Shown in pieces: positions 29,004-39,412 of a stretch of 64,000 nucleotides of DNA (the stretch's first letter is position 1; each line of letters begins with the position of its first letter). The position numbers and the translations under genes are program-made. Under the pieces are notes generated by a model. It was not told where the DNA came from. It made no database searches and saw nothing but the letters and a program-made list of their open reading frames with translations. Source of the DNA: a virus; the IMG/VR virus record IMGVR_UViG_3300028393_004717, positions 2,971 through 66,970 of that record; one strand, written 5' to 3'.

Positions 29004-30449
29004 TCAAATAATAAAATTAGCAATCGACATTCTTGCGTAGAACTTCGCACCTTCACGAAGCAATTTCTTGCCGTATCGTGTTAAAATTCCCTTACGAGGA
29101 CAGAAGCTCTCTGGATCGAGAACAACAGGAGTCTGAGTAAGAGGAACATAAGGGCAATAGAAATATCCTGAGTCAAGATATGAATCGCCTTTATAGCCCA
29201 TAAGGATTTGGTTAGATGGGAACAATGGATCTTTATATAGTCTCCAACGATTGTTCACAGTACCAACATACTGGATACCCAAGCTGCTGCTGAAAGTTTC
29301 AGAAGGTGCAGGAGCAAAACCAGCGGTTGCGGTTTCAAAGATCGAAGCAACTTCAGGAGATGTAACGATGAAGTTAGCACCACCACGAAGGGTCTTACGA
29401 TGAATAACGGAGGAAATTTCAACGATCTTCACATAAAGAGATTCGTATTTTTCTTTGATAGTATCACCCAAGGAGGTGTTGAAATCCCAAGCGGTTACAG
29501 TACCAGCATTTTGACGGAGGTCGGTGAGGACTTCACGATCAATTTCAAGATTAATTTCTTGAGCAAGAACTGCGGTCAATTCGGCTTCAGCATCCAAGTT
29601 GTGTTGTGAGCGAAGATCTTGTTGAGCTTCATAAGACCATACAGCCTTCAACTTACGGGTTTTGGCAGTAATATCTTCAGATTCAACAACGAGGTTGATT
29701 TCTGGAAGATCTTGTGAGCATTCAAGATTAGCTTCGTAACTTGCAACGATATGGTTATCACCAGGGTTGCCACCAGTCCAAGCAAGGGTAACCACGCCAG
29801 TAGTAGCATTTAAGCTTGATCCTGCGGAGGTTGCTTTTGGGCTAGGAGTTCCGATATCGGTAAAGTTAAATACACCAGCGGAACTTACGCTGAATGTTTG
29901 AATAGCTACAGCACCTTTATAAACGGTACCAGTAACGGTTCCGGTTAAGATAGGGGTGTGTTCAAAAGGACTATATACAGATGTTGAGGTTACACCAGCA
30001 TCGGTAGCTCCCACTTCATTTTGAACGAACTGATGGGAATAGAAGATATCGAGATTAGCAGTACCATCTGCTCTCTGCATCAATGAATTTGCATCATCGC
30101 CAGGGAAACCGCTATTATTATCAGCACCACGAGTAGCACCCTTGTTGGAAGAGTATCTAAAGCGGAGATAATAAACAAGACCAGTAGGTCCGAGCAAAGG
30201 CTGGACTGATACGATCTTATTAGCGATCAATTGTGGGTAGATCCTACGAACCAATGGGATTGAGATTCGTTTGAACTGTGCGATGTCAGCGGTGTCGGTA
30301 GACACTTCGTTGATAAGGCGTTGGTTTTCGAGAAGAACTGCTGTGGCTGCACGAGTATTACGGTCTTCGATGCCTTCGAGGAGACCAGTCTTAGCCCAGC
30401 GTCCTTCTAACTCTTTAGCTTCATTTAAAAATCTAGCATTAGCGTTCAT
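29004..30449 (-). CDS. gp23: Major capsid protein, T4 gp23-like
   Basis: AVLLENQ, PLVRR, VSVQPL.GPTGL, AKTRKLKA.WS.E.QQDL, EI.LEIDRE, FYCPYVPL, TRYG; Ser/Thr-rich insertion of about 100 aa. Confidence 0.97.
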   Translation of the reverse strand: MNANARFLNEAKELEGRWAKTGLLEGIEDRNTRAATAVLLENQRLINEVSTDTADIAQFKRISIPLVRRIYPQLIANKIVSVQPLLGPTGLVYYLRFRYSSNKGATRGADNNSGFPGDDANSLMQRADGTANLDIFYSHQFVQNEVGATDAGVTSTSVYSPFEHTPILTGTVTGTVYKGAVAIQTFSVSSAGVFNFTDIGTPSPKATSAGSSLNATTGVVTLAWTGGNPGDNHIVASYEANLECSQDLPEINLVVESEDITAKTRKLKAVWSYEAQQDLRSQHNLDAEAELTAVLAQEINLEIDREVLTDLRQNAGTVTAWDFNTSLGDTIKEKYESLYVKIVEISSVIHRKTLRGGANFIVTSPEVASIFETATAGFAPAPSETFSSSLGIQYVGTVNNRWRLYKDPLFPSNQILMGYKGDSYLDSGYFYCPYVPLTQTPVVLDPESFCPRKGILTRYGKKLLREGAKFYARMSIANFII

Positions 30450-30486
30450 ATTAAAATTTCCTTTATAACTTGTTAGAATTTAGCTT

Positions 30487-31386
30487 TTACTTTGGTTTCT
30501 TTATACCTGAAAGAACCAAAATTTGGTCTATTTCACTGCTGTTGTTGCCGACATTTTCCGCAATGACGACTTCTTGATCAACAACTTTTTGTCCTCTCCC
30601 CGTTACATTCTTTGCTTTTTCAAATCTTTCTTTCTGTTCTGTGATTACTTCAGATCTCTTCTGTGAAGATGTCGCTTGTTTTTGCTCTGTAATCAAATTT
30701 TTAGCATAGCGTACATTTTCATTAAGTTTGGTATTTTCGGTAGACAAGCGAATATTGCGAGCTTCCATAATACGGAGTTGGCCTCTAGACTCTTCCAATT
30801 GTTTTTGGAATTCTTCAACTTTAGCTGAAGAGAAGTTTTGAGATTCATCATCAGACAAATAGTTACTTGCGATATCAACGATTTTATCCAATGCAACTTT
30901 ATGTTCTGCGATACGAGGATCGCTAACAACATCTTTGCGAGCTTGTTCGTAAATTTCTTGACCTTTTGCTTGCAAGAATTGATCTACTTTGTCTACGATA
31001 TATTCTTTCATTTCTTGAAGTTTCTTGTCGTATTCTTCATACAACTCAACTTCGATGTTGCCGTTTTTGGATCGTTCCGACTTCAACATTTGATAAGCTT
31101 CTTCGTATCCTTCTTCAAGAGCGTTTTTGTATTCTTCGCCTTGAATATCTAGACGATTCCGCAAATCGGCAATGATAGCATATGCTTCTTCATAGCCTTG
31201 TTCTGCGGTTTTTTCAGAGTTTGACAATTCCCCAGAAAGTTCAGTATAGGCTTCTTCAAGTTTCTCGTTATATTCTTTTTCGAGATCTAGCTTTGCCTGA
31301 TTCAGCATTTCATTGATAGCTGAACTTACTTCCTTTACATCGGATTCTGGTAAAAGTTTTTTGATTGCTTCGATTATCTTTTCCAT
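30487..31386 (-). CDS. gp22: Prohead core scaffolding protein, gp22-like
   Basis: Acidic coiled coil with IVDKVDQFL, located between the protease and MCP genes. Confidence 0.85.
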   Translation of the reverse strand: MEKIIEAIKKLLPESDVKEVSSAINEMLNQAKLDLEKEYNEKLEEAYTELSGELSNSEKTAEQGYEEAYAIIADLRNRLDIQGEEYKNALEEGYEEAYQMLKSERSKNGNIEVELYEEYDKKLQEMKEYIVDKVDQFLQAKGQEIYEQARKDVVSDPRIAEHKVALDKIVDIASNYLSDDESQNFSSAKVEEFQKQLEESRGQLRIMEARNIRLSTENTKLNENVRYAKNLITEQKQATSSQKRSEVITEQKERFEKAKNVTGRGQKVVDQEVVIAENVGNNSSEIDQILVLSGIKKPK

Positions 31387-31432
31387 TAGCCTAACCTCAC
31401 TTTGCTAGTATTTCGTTTTTAAAAAAATTAAA

Positions 31433-32113
31433 TCAAACAATTTTAGATTTTATATTCTTTGTTTGATCTTCAATTATTCCACCTAAGCAAGCTATTAATG
31501 CTTCTTTGCTAATTTTATGTATGCTTCTGCTTTCGTTTTTAACTGAAGAATCAGAAGATTCCACTGAATTATTTGATGGAATGTAACTTTCACGCTTGCT
31601 TACAACTTTTTCTTGGAAAGCAGAATGTGTAGATGGATCAGCCACTGCATCGAATGTTAATAGTTTATAACTTTCGCCAATGACAAGAATTCCACTTTCA
31701 TCTACTCGTCCATTACCAACACCTCTGCTGCTGATTCCAACACGCACACCATCATTGATGAGTGCTTTTAGAATACGGCCATGAGGAGTGTTTAATATCT
31801 CGCCTTCACCCATAAGATTATTTCCTTCCCACCATAACTTAGTAATTACATGGGAAGCTTTTTCGAAATGTATGATACTATCTGTAGGATGATCTAATTC
31901 GCCAATCAATCCTCTTGCTTCAATTATTGGAGTCAGAGCCTTAACATTGTCGTTTAAGACGCTGTAAGGATATTTCCTTTTATTTTTATTGACAGCTTCT
32001 GCTTCTTGGAATTTCCCTCTAAAGCTAGTTAATCCTTTATTAGTGGATTCATTTAGACTTAGAACGAAACCGCCAGAATTGCAGGAGTCAACAAGTAGCA
32101 TTTTATCACTCAT
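31433..32113 (-). CDS. gp21: Prohead maturation protease, gp21-like
   Basis: NKNKRKY, GELDHP, ASH, ILNTPHG, GISSRG.G, FDAVADPS. Confidence 0.96.
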   Translation of the reverse strand: MSDKMLLVDSCNSGGFVLSLNESTNKGLTSFRGKFQEAEAVNKNKRKYPYSVLNDNVKALTPIIEARGLIGELDHPTDSIIHFEKASHVITKLWWEGNNLMGEGEILNTPHGRILKALINDGVRVGISSRGVGNGRVDESGILVIGESYKLLTFDAVADPSTHSAFQEKVVSKRESYIPSNNSVESSDSSVKNESRSIHKISKEALIACLGGIIEDQTKNIKSKIV

Positions 32114-32122
32114 TACTCTCCT

Positions 32123-33961
32123 TTATTGGTTGATTACTGGTCTTTTGCTTTCTGGGGATAAAGTATTTTTAAGATTAGGCCAAGTATCACTATCTTGGTA
32201 TGTTCCTAATTCATCATTATCTTTATCTGCACCTTTTTCGCCCTTCATTGTAAATTCAAAAGCATCAGGAATGTAGGGATTGTTTAGGGAAGGCCAAGTA
32301 TTATCTCCGCTATCGTTTCCTAAAGCATCACCCATCATTTCTTCTTCGCCACCGAAGGACTTTCCATCGCTTACTGGACTGTGATTAAGACCATATTCAT
32401 CCCCACCATTAAATTTGGAAGGAACAGCATCGGTTTGTTTTGCAGCCCAAGCATTCATGGGGTGATCTCCACCTACCGAGGTATGAACATCCATGTCTTT
32501 CCATTCGCCAGAGTGATCCAAGTTTGCTTCAACCAATTCACTGATATAATCAGCGATATTTTCTGCTAATTCCAAACTAGGAGCAGAATTTCTATTGAGT
32601 ACAGATTCACATTCAGACATGAAACTAGCGGTTTCTACCTTAGCAACTTCATCTCCGATTTGAATTGCTGCTTTATTCATTTCGTGAAGTGCTTTGTATA
32701 AATCGGAAAATACTTTTAAATCAATGCTATCGCTTTCGTCTATTTTGTCAAAGAAATCAACAGCTATGTTTTGGAATTCAACATATGAATCTTTGCATGT
32801 TTTGCATTCGGAAGTTACATCATTAGAGTAACCAGCCAACTTAGCGATTTTGCTAACACGACCAGTATAAGCATGATGTGCGGTTCTTAGAATTGCTTCT
32901 GCCATAAAGTTACAAACGCTATCATCATAATTATTTACATTTGCGATTTCAAGAGCTTCAGCGATGTTTGCTGATAGTTCATCTTGAGTCAAATAAAGAA
33001 CTGATGGCCATTTTGCGACAATGTTTTCCAAGCATTCTTCAAGATTAGCATTGTCAGATATATTGTTATATCTTTTAAGTTCAGCAATAGCCTTTACGAA
33101 TGATTGGTCTTCATTTACTCTTTTTGCTTTGCCACGAAGAACTTTAACTTCGGTATCTAAAGTCTTCCAATTAAATGCAAGAACTTTACCTTCGTTACGC
33201 TTTTGTATGTTTGGAATTGCCAAAGCAACTACATTGCCGTTGTTGTCATTTTTGACTACAGATTCAGAAATAACATGACCATAATTTTTATAATCGACAT
33301 ATCCAAATACATTTTCAGCTAATTTTGACCATTCTTTCATAGTCTTTTTAATACGAGTATGAACTCCCCATCGTTTATTGGATGTTTTTCCCAATTTTTT
33401 CTTTGCTTGTGCAGCTTTTCTTTTCAGTTCTCTTTTTATAGAATCTGGGATCATCGCTGCTCGTTTAGCCCTAGTGCGAACACCAGCCATAACTTCAGCA
33501 TGATTCCTTTTCTTGTGATATTTTTTTGATCGTTTTCCAGTTGGCTTGCTAGTAGTAACCACAGCCTTATATCCTTCAGTTAGTTCTCTTCGAACATTTG
33601 GCATTAGGAAATATTCTTCAAATTTAGTATTTGCTTTTTCTTTGTTATTATCAAGCAATGCATCAACCATTTCTGAAATGGTATTACGAGAATTTGCTTT
33701 TGCTGATTCATTATCGATTACAAGTTCTTGAATGTTTTCAAGAATAACTTGATCATCTTCTAATTTATAAATTGCATGAATATATGTGTCATCAGATGTT
33801 TTATATGTAACATCTGATTCTCCGTAGCAATGCAATTCAACATCAACGCCAAGGGTTTTACCCAAAACATCTTGTGCATTGATTAATTCTTGTTCTGATC
33901 TTGTCAAAGATCCTTCTTCTAAATTTCTAAACGCTTCAAAACTGATAAGTTTTCTTTTCAT
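32123..33961 (-). CDS. Putative prohead core protein (gp67/gp68 position)
   Basis: Lies between portal and protease; very basic internal segment, acidic tail with two TWPxLxN repeats. Confidence 0.55.
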   Translation of the reverse strand: MKRKLISFEAFRNLEEGSLTRSEQELINAQDVLGKTLGVDVELHCYGESDVTYKTSDDTYIHAIYKLEDDQVILENIQELVIDNESAKANSRNTISEMVDALLDNNKEKANTKFEEYFLMPNVRRELTEGYKAVVTTSKPTGKRSKKYHKKRNHAEVMAGVRTRAKRAAMIPDSIKRELKRKAAQAKKKLGKTSNKRWGVHTRIKKTMKEWSKLAENVFGYVDYKNYGHVISESVVKNDNNGNVVALAIPNIQKRNEGKVLAFNWKTLDTEVKVLRGKAKRVNEDQSFVKAIAELKRYNNISDNANLEECLENIVAKWPSVLYLTQDELSANIAEALEIANVNNYDDSVCNFMAEAILRTAHHAYTGRVSKIAKLAGYSNDVTSECKTCKDSYVEFQNIAVDFFDKIDESDSIDLKVFSDLYKALHEMNKAAIQIGDEVAKVETASFMSECESVLNRNSAPSLELAENIADYISELVEANLDHSGEWKDMDVHTSVGGDHPMNAWAAKQTDAVPSKFNGGDEYGLNHSPVSDGKSFGGEEEMMGDALGNDSGDNTWPSLNNPYIPDAFEFTMKGEKGADKDNDELGTYQDSDTWPNLKNTLSPESKRPVINQ

Positions 33962-34149
33962 GTGTAATCAACTCCCTGTGCTGTAGGTTACAAATATATT
34001 TTTATTAGCACGATTTTGGATGCCGTGTCATTATCGTATATATTGCATTATAACAATATTTTTACTTTTATTTTTCAATATTTGTTTGTGTCAAAAACAA
34101 ATGTCACAACTATATAAGTATGCTTATCAATATAAAAATGAGGTAAAAA

Positions 34150-34464
34150 ATGAAAACATTTTATGAATTTATGGAAAGTGTGGGAACTGAGTTGGCCAAT
34201 GAAATTGGTCCAATGGGATTAACAAAAGAAAGAATGGAAGTTTTAGCACCAATGTTTGTCTTCGTTGACAAATCAATTAGTAATGATCCTAGCTTCATGA
34301 GCAGACTATATAATTTGTTCAAAACAGAAGTTTCAAATTTTCCTCAACTTCAAGAGGATTTTGACAAATTGGATATTGCAAAAATCAAAAGGGTTGCTGG
34401 TAGCGTTGAAAAAAATCGCACTACCGACATGGTTGTTTTGCCTAATTCAGATAGCCCAATGTAA
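34150..34464 (+). CDS. Putative internal head protein
   Basis: MKTFYEFMES closely matches the T4 capsid targeting sequence MKTYQEFIAE; SD GAGGT. Confidence 0.6.
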   Translation: MKTFYEFMESVGTELANEIGPMGLTKERMEVLAPMFVFVDKSISNDPSFMSRLYNLFKTEVSNFPQLQEDFDKLDIAKIKRVAGSVEKNRTTDMVVLPNSDSPM

Positions 34465-34465
34465 T

Positions 34466-34708
34466 TTATTTTGAAAACCAATACTTAAAAGATTTTTGCA
34501 AATTACTTTCAGTAAGTTCATATCCGATGCAATCAAATATTATTGCATCAACTTTACAAATTGGACAAAGTGCAGTTTCCCCTGCATCTGTAAATTCTTT
34601 TACTTCATCTGCTTTAAAAATTTTACAACAATGATAACATCCTGCATTTCTGGAAATAGAAATTAAGGATTTATTTTTAAACACAAATGATGGTAATTGT
34701 CTTTCCAT
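34466..34708 (-). CDS. Small zinc-binding protein
   Basis: GCYHC...TALCPICKVDAII. Confidence 0.7.
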   Translation of the reverse strand: MERQLPSFVFKNKSLISISRNAGCYHCCKIFKADEVKEFTDAGETALCPICKVDAIIFDCIGYELTESNLQKSFKYWFSK

Positions 34709-34715
34709 TGTAATA

Positions 34716-37244
34716 TTAACTCAAATAACTAGTGTCTTTATCTTCGTAATCTTGTTCTGTGCCATAGCTATAGATTTCAAGGTTATATTTCTTCAAATCT
34801 TCCTCATCTGCTTCTGGTATTTCAGAGGCGGACGAACCAGCTTCTTCCTTTGATTCACTTTCTTCTGGAGGAGTACCATCTGGCGGTGGCGTTCCTTCTG
34901 GTGGTGGCGTTCCTTCTGGTGGTGGATTTCCTTCTGCACCCAATTCTGGAGTAGGTCCACCAGCTTCAGCACCAATTTCTGGAGCAGCTTTTTCTTCGCT
35001 TGGAACACCGACTCCAAGCAATTGTGGATTTTGCCCCATGATAGCAATTTTTAAATCTTCAAGTTTTTGTAATTTCAAACGACTCAACATCATCGATGCA
35101 TCTTCTTCGCTATGCATAAGTATTTTTGTTAATATGTCGAAATCTGACATAAGCAAACTTCCCTTAAGCGATGCAGCATTACCGAATCTTGCAGTCTTAA
35201 CTTCATTTCTTGACAATTCACGCCAATCAGAAGGTGATGTCATTTTTATTTTAAGATCTTGATACATTTCGCTTGGATAGCCACGAAGCTCTAAATGTCT
35301 TTCGCAAAGATCAAGAATACCATCTTCAAAATTTGATTGTAATCTTTCAATCATGCGAGCAAATTTTACATCTTGTGCAGACAATGTAATTCTTGTTGCA
35401 TTTACATCTTCGCTTGAGAAATAATTTTTGGGGAAGTTTAGAGATACAAATAATTTATTTCTGAAGTACAAAGCATCATCTACTTCTCCAAGATTTTGCG
35501 CACCAGGCAAAGTTTCAATTCTTGTATTTGCATTAGGTCGAATTGGAATCCAAAAGTCTTCATCTTGTGCAGGTGGTTGCCATCTTTCTTCAACCATATT
35601 GGCTCCGCTATTGCCACGATTGCCAGCAATTTTTCTCTTTCTGAATTGATCTTTCATTCTTTCCAAAAATGCTTCTGCTTTAAATGGAGGAAGCTGACCA
35701 ACATCAATATAGAATACTCTACGCTCTGGCGCCCGGGTTAGCCTATACACCACCATTGCATCTTCCATGAGTCTTAATTGATGTGCTGGCCCTCTGGCTG
35801 GCTCAATAAGAGACTGTCCATAAGGATAGAAGTTTCTTCTATCATCTCCTATTCTAATATGTAAAACTTGTAATGGATTAAATCTAATTGCTGTAGATTG
35901 ATTGAGTTCCGCATCACTAAGTTGTGATATGTCTCCTCTTCCCAACGATTGATAATCTGGGCCTTCTTTAGATTGTTGGAATTCGATTAATCTTCCTTTG
36001 ATGGTTTCAATCCTATACATGGTTTCTGGTGGTAGTGTTGTAAGTTTATATATTCCATCAGAAGGCTTGTCTGGATTTATAACTATTTCAAAAAATTTAT
36101 CACCATGGACAATTAAATCTTTGAAATAGGCAAATGCGTGACGATTCAAATTTAACATTTTTCTATGTAACAATAAAAATTCAAGTTCTTTTTTCACTTC
36201 ATCATTTTTGCAATCAATTCTAAAAACATTACCAGTATCATCTTTTTGGCAATTGTGAAGTATAACAGAATCAGTTGCGAAGCATTTGTGTTTTTCAACA
36301 GAGATGTCATACACATCAATTTCTTTTCCTTCTGTGACTCCAACTACTTTGCGACAAGTTTTACTTTTACTTAAATATTTTAATTCTTTAAGTGAGAATC
36401 CATTTTTGTGAATACAATTTTCTACTGTGTGCCAATCTAAATTCATGATTTTGGCAATTTGTCGAACAGGAATATCTCCACAAATCAATCTTGTTGCTCT
36501 ATTTAATTTTTCATATTCTGGATTTGTTTTTCCATATCTCCAATCATCGATAAATTGTCTTTCATGTACCCATCCTTTTTCAAAGCTCATGATTCTTGGA
36601 AATTGATTTGTTTTGATTTTTGTAAGGTCTTGATTTGCTGGGGTTCGATAAAACGGCATTAGTTCATCGCCAAATTCTAATTCGCCACAGGCTATCCATT
36701 CTCCATTTCTTTTAAGAACTCTATGATCTGGTGTTGCGATAATTGACTTTCCATTGTCCAAAAGTATTTCAATTGTTTTTGCTTTTTTTACAATTCTTGG
36801 AGCAAATGCCCATCCTAAACTGTAATCATTTTTTTCAAAATCATAACAATATACTAGAAATCTTTCATCTGCTTTATTGTTTGTTAGCCATTCAATTGTT
36901 TGATAGCCGAATGGAGTTGCAATTTTAGTATCACCAGAAACACAAGCTTCATCAGCAAATACGGTCATAGCCATTTCGATTTCTGGAACATTTCTTAATC
37001 TTTCGTATTCCTTGTACCTCATACTCCTATTGCCAAGAGTAGTAGTATCAATCATGTCATAGGTTTGACGAAGATTTACATAATTACTTGGGCCTTGGCC
37101 TGTTACTAGCTCTCCGCCAGTTTGAAGGGCATCGGTTTGTGCTATACCTGCACCCGTAAATTTTGAAGTATCCTTTATTTTGCTTAAAGGATCTTTTTCG
37201 GTTGCGTATGTAAACAATTTAAAAAAATCTGACCAAACTGTCAT
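34716..37244 (-). CDS. gp20: Portal vertex protein, T4 gp20-like, intein-containing
   Basis: QLRLMEDAMVVYRLTRAPERRVFYIDVG.LP..KAE, EDFW.P.R, IETLPG..NL, KFARMIERLQ. Confidence 0.96.
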   Translation of the reverse strand: MTVWSDFFKLFTYATEKDPLSKIKDTSKFTGAGIAQTDALQTGGELVTGQGPSNYVNLRQTYDMIDTTTLGNRSMRYKEYERLRNVPEIEMAMTVFADEACVSGDTKIATPFGYQTIEWLTNNKADERFLVYCYDFEKNDYSLGWAFAPRIVKKAKTIEILLDNGKSIIATPDHRVLKRNGEWIACGELEFGDELMPFYRTPANQDLTKIKTNQFPRIMSFEKGWVHERQFIDDWRYGKTNPEYEKLNRATRLICGDIPVRQIAKIMNLDWHTVENCIHKNGFSLKELKYLSKSKTCRKVVGVTEGKEIDVYDISVEKHKCFATDSVILHNCQKDDTGNVFRIDCKNDEVKKELEFLLLHRKMLNLNRHAFAYFKDLIVHGDKFFEIVINPDKPSDGIYKLTTLPPETMYRIETIKGRLIEFQQSKEGPDYQSLGRGDISQLSDAELNQSTAIRFNPLQVLHIRIGDDRRNFYPYGQSLIEPARGPAHQLRLMEDAMVVYRLTRAPERRVFYIDVGQLPPFKAEAFLERMKDQFRKRKIAGNRGNSGANMVEERWQPPAQDEDFWIPIRPNANTRIETLPGAQNLGEVDDALYFRNKLFVSLNFPKNYFSSEDVNATRITLSAQDVKFARMIERLQSNFEDGILDLCERHLELRGYPSEMYQDLKIKMTSPSDWRELSRNEVKTARFGNAASLKGSLLMSDFDILTKILMHSEEDASMMLSRLKLQKLEDLKIAIMGQNPQLLGVGVPSEEKAAPEIGAEAGGPTPELGAEGNPPPEGTPPPEGTPPPDGTPPEESESKEEAGSSASEIPEADEEDLKKYNLEIYSYGTEQDYEDKDTSYLS
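34862..34936 (-). repeat. 18-bp tandem repeat encoding (EGTPPP)n in the portal C-terminal tail
   Basis: EGNPPP-EGTPPP-EGTPPP-DGTPPE. Confidence 0.8.
36252..36944 (-). mobile_element. Intein (231 aa) in the portal protein
   Basis: Block A CVSGDTKI, block B ATPDHRVL, block F VYDISVE.H.CF, C-terminal ILHN followed by +1 Cys. Confidence 0.95.
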
Positions 37245-37313
37245 AATATTCCTCTAATTAACTTAGTATGGATTATTTAGTTATTATAAGGCTAATTGTT
37301 TTTAAGGTTATAG

Positions 37314-37907
37314 ATGAAAAAAGTTTTATTTTTATCAAGTCATTTAGGATCTGGGTCTGATCAATTATATGTCGCTTTTTGCGATTTATTATCAATTCAG
37401 GGATACAAAAAAGAAAATATCTACAGAAGCATGCAAGATATATTTTTTTTAACGGAACAAAAGCATAAACTCAAAACATCGGCAAGAGTTTACATGGATC
37501 ATTTGCTTTTTAATTATCAATTTTCATGCAAACAAGCATATGAAAATTGTAAATTTATATTCATTGTACGAGAGCCAGAGGAGACAATTGAATTCTTAGT
37601 TTCAAATAAATTTTATAATAAAAAAGATGCAATTTCATATTATCTTTACAGAATCAGAAGAATATGTGAAATGGCAAAGAATTCAAAAGATGGATTATTT
37701 TTAACACATGCAAATTTGAAAAATGGCAAAGGAATACAGGAAATTAAAGATTATCTTAACATAAAAGAAAGATTTAATTTTGTTTTTGAAAATATTGAAA
37801 ATAAAAATAAAAATATTTTGACATATAAAGAAATTGAAAATTTAAATCAGGTTTATGAAAAATATCTTTATTTTGTTCATAATATTAATTGCACTAGTAT
37901 TAAATAA
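37314..37907 (+). CDS. Sulfotransferase-fold protein (divergent)
   Basis: FLSSHLGSGSDQL (5'-PSB-like) and KFIFIVREP (3'-PB-like). Confidence 0.6.
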   Translation: MKKVLFLSSHLGSGSDQLYVAFCDLLSIQGYKKENIYRSMQDIFFLTEQKHKLKTSARVYMDHLLFNYQFSCKQAYENCKFIFIVREPEETIEFLVSNKFYNKKDAISYYLYRIRRICEMAKNSKDGLFLTHANLKNGKGIQEIKDYLNIKERFNFVFENIENKNKNILTYKEIENLNQVYEKYLYFVHNINCTSIK

Positions 37908-37910
37908 TGT

Positions 37911-38129
37911 ATGAAATTTTTAAATTGGATTATGAAAAGAGATGAGAACTTCAATGCTACCATGCCTTCTGATGTTGGAGATGCAGGTGGAAAAGACACT
38001 GATACTCCTCCATTAGAAACTAGAGGGGCTTTTCCATTCTATTCAGATGAGGAAAAGCCGCCTGTTCCGCCTAGACCCAAAAAAGAAAAATGTAGTAAAA
38101 AGAAAAATCAATTTGGGAATAAAATATAA
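37911..38129 (+). CDS. Small protein with capsid-targeting-like N-terminus
   Basis: TAAATA-N4-ATG, then MKFLNWIMKRDE. Confidence 0.55.
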   Translation: MKFLNWIMKRDENFNATMPSDVGDAGGKDTDTPPLETRGAFPFYSDEEKPPVPPRPKKEKCSKKKNQFGNKI

Positions 38130-38815
38130 TTATTCGGAACAACAAAATGATTATAATAATCAACAATTTTTATTTGAGAAGCAATTGTTTTCATGTGAAT
38201 AATATCATTGTCAGCATAAATTGCACAAATCCATCCATCCCATCTTTGATCAAACTCAGACATTTTCCATGTTCTAATTTTTAGTTCTTTATCACTATTA
38301 TTGATATATTTTATTATTTTCTTATCTTCATCATAGTGAACCATCACCATAGCATGGCCAGGTATTCCAAATAAAACTCCTCTTTTTTCAATTACTATGG
38401 CCTTTTTTATAAGACTTCTATCTTTTATGCTATTTGTTTGTTCAAATTTTACACCTAGTTTTTTTAATTTCCAAGATGCATTTGACGGACTGCTATAACT
38501 TTGGCAATCACGGTCTTTAGTAAGATCAAACAATTTAATTTCATTGGCATATCTTCCTATGCATTCCAATGATGCCCACACACATTGGATGCCAGTTTTG
38601 TTGAAAACTCTATCCTTCATGGGGATTGGAATCATAACATCAGACAAATTTTCATCCGCTTCACCTTCATAAAGTGAAACTGGATTGCGTCTTGTGTCAT
38701 TTGGATTTGGATATAAGCTTTTATCGGATTGCTTAAAAGCAAATATGATAAAAGACGAAAAAAGCAAAAAAGTACAGACATGGACTAAGAAAAAGCTAGT
38801 TTTTTTTAAACGCAT
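38108..38815 (-). CDS. Membrane-anchored papain-fold (C39-like) cysteine peptidase
   Basis: N-terminal TM; GIQCVWASL, GHAMVMV, YINNS catalytic pattern; SD AAGGAGG. Confidence 0.7.
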   Translation of the reverse strand: MRLKKTSFFLVHVCTFLLFSSFIIFAFKQSDKSLYPNPNDTRRNPVSLYEGEADENLSDVMIPIPMKDRVFNKTGIQCVWASLECIGRYANEIKLFDLTKDRDCQSYSSPSNASWKLKKLGVKFEQTNSIKDRSLIKKAIVIEKRGVLFGIPGHAMVMVHYDEDKKIIKYINNSDKELKIRTWKMSEFDQRWDGWICAIYADNDIIHMKTIASQIKIVDYYNHFVVPNNYILFPN

Positions 38816-38917
38816 ATTCCTCCTTGAAATGTCTATAAATATATAGAATTGCGATTAATTTAAGATTAGTCTTTTGATAAGATTATTGATTATTTACCTA
38901 TTTTTGGGTTTAATTGA

Positions 38918-38953
38918 AAAATGCCCTCAATATCTAAATATTGAAGGCATTTT
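38918..38953 (-). terminator. Intrinsic terminator after the poly-Asp gene
   Basis: aaaatgcc(c)tcaatat...atattga(a)ggcatttt. Confidence 0.65.
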
Positions 38954-38971
38954 GGTTTAATTATTTAAAAA

Positions 38972-39361
<390 letters not shown>

Positions 39362-39412
39362 GTTTTGTTTCCTTTTATGTAAGACCTTAATACATAATAT
39401 AAGGAGATAGTA

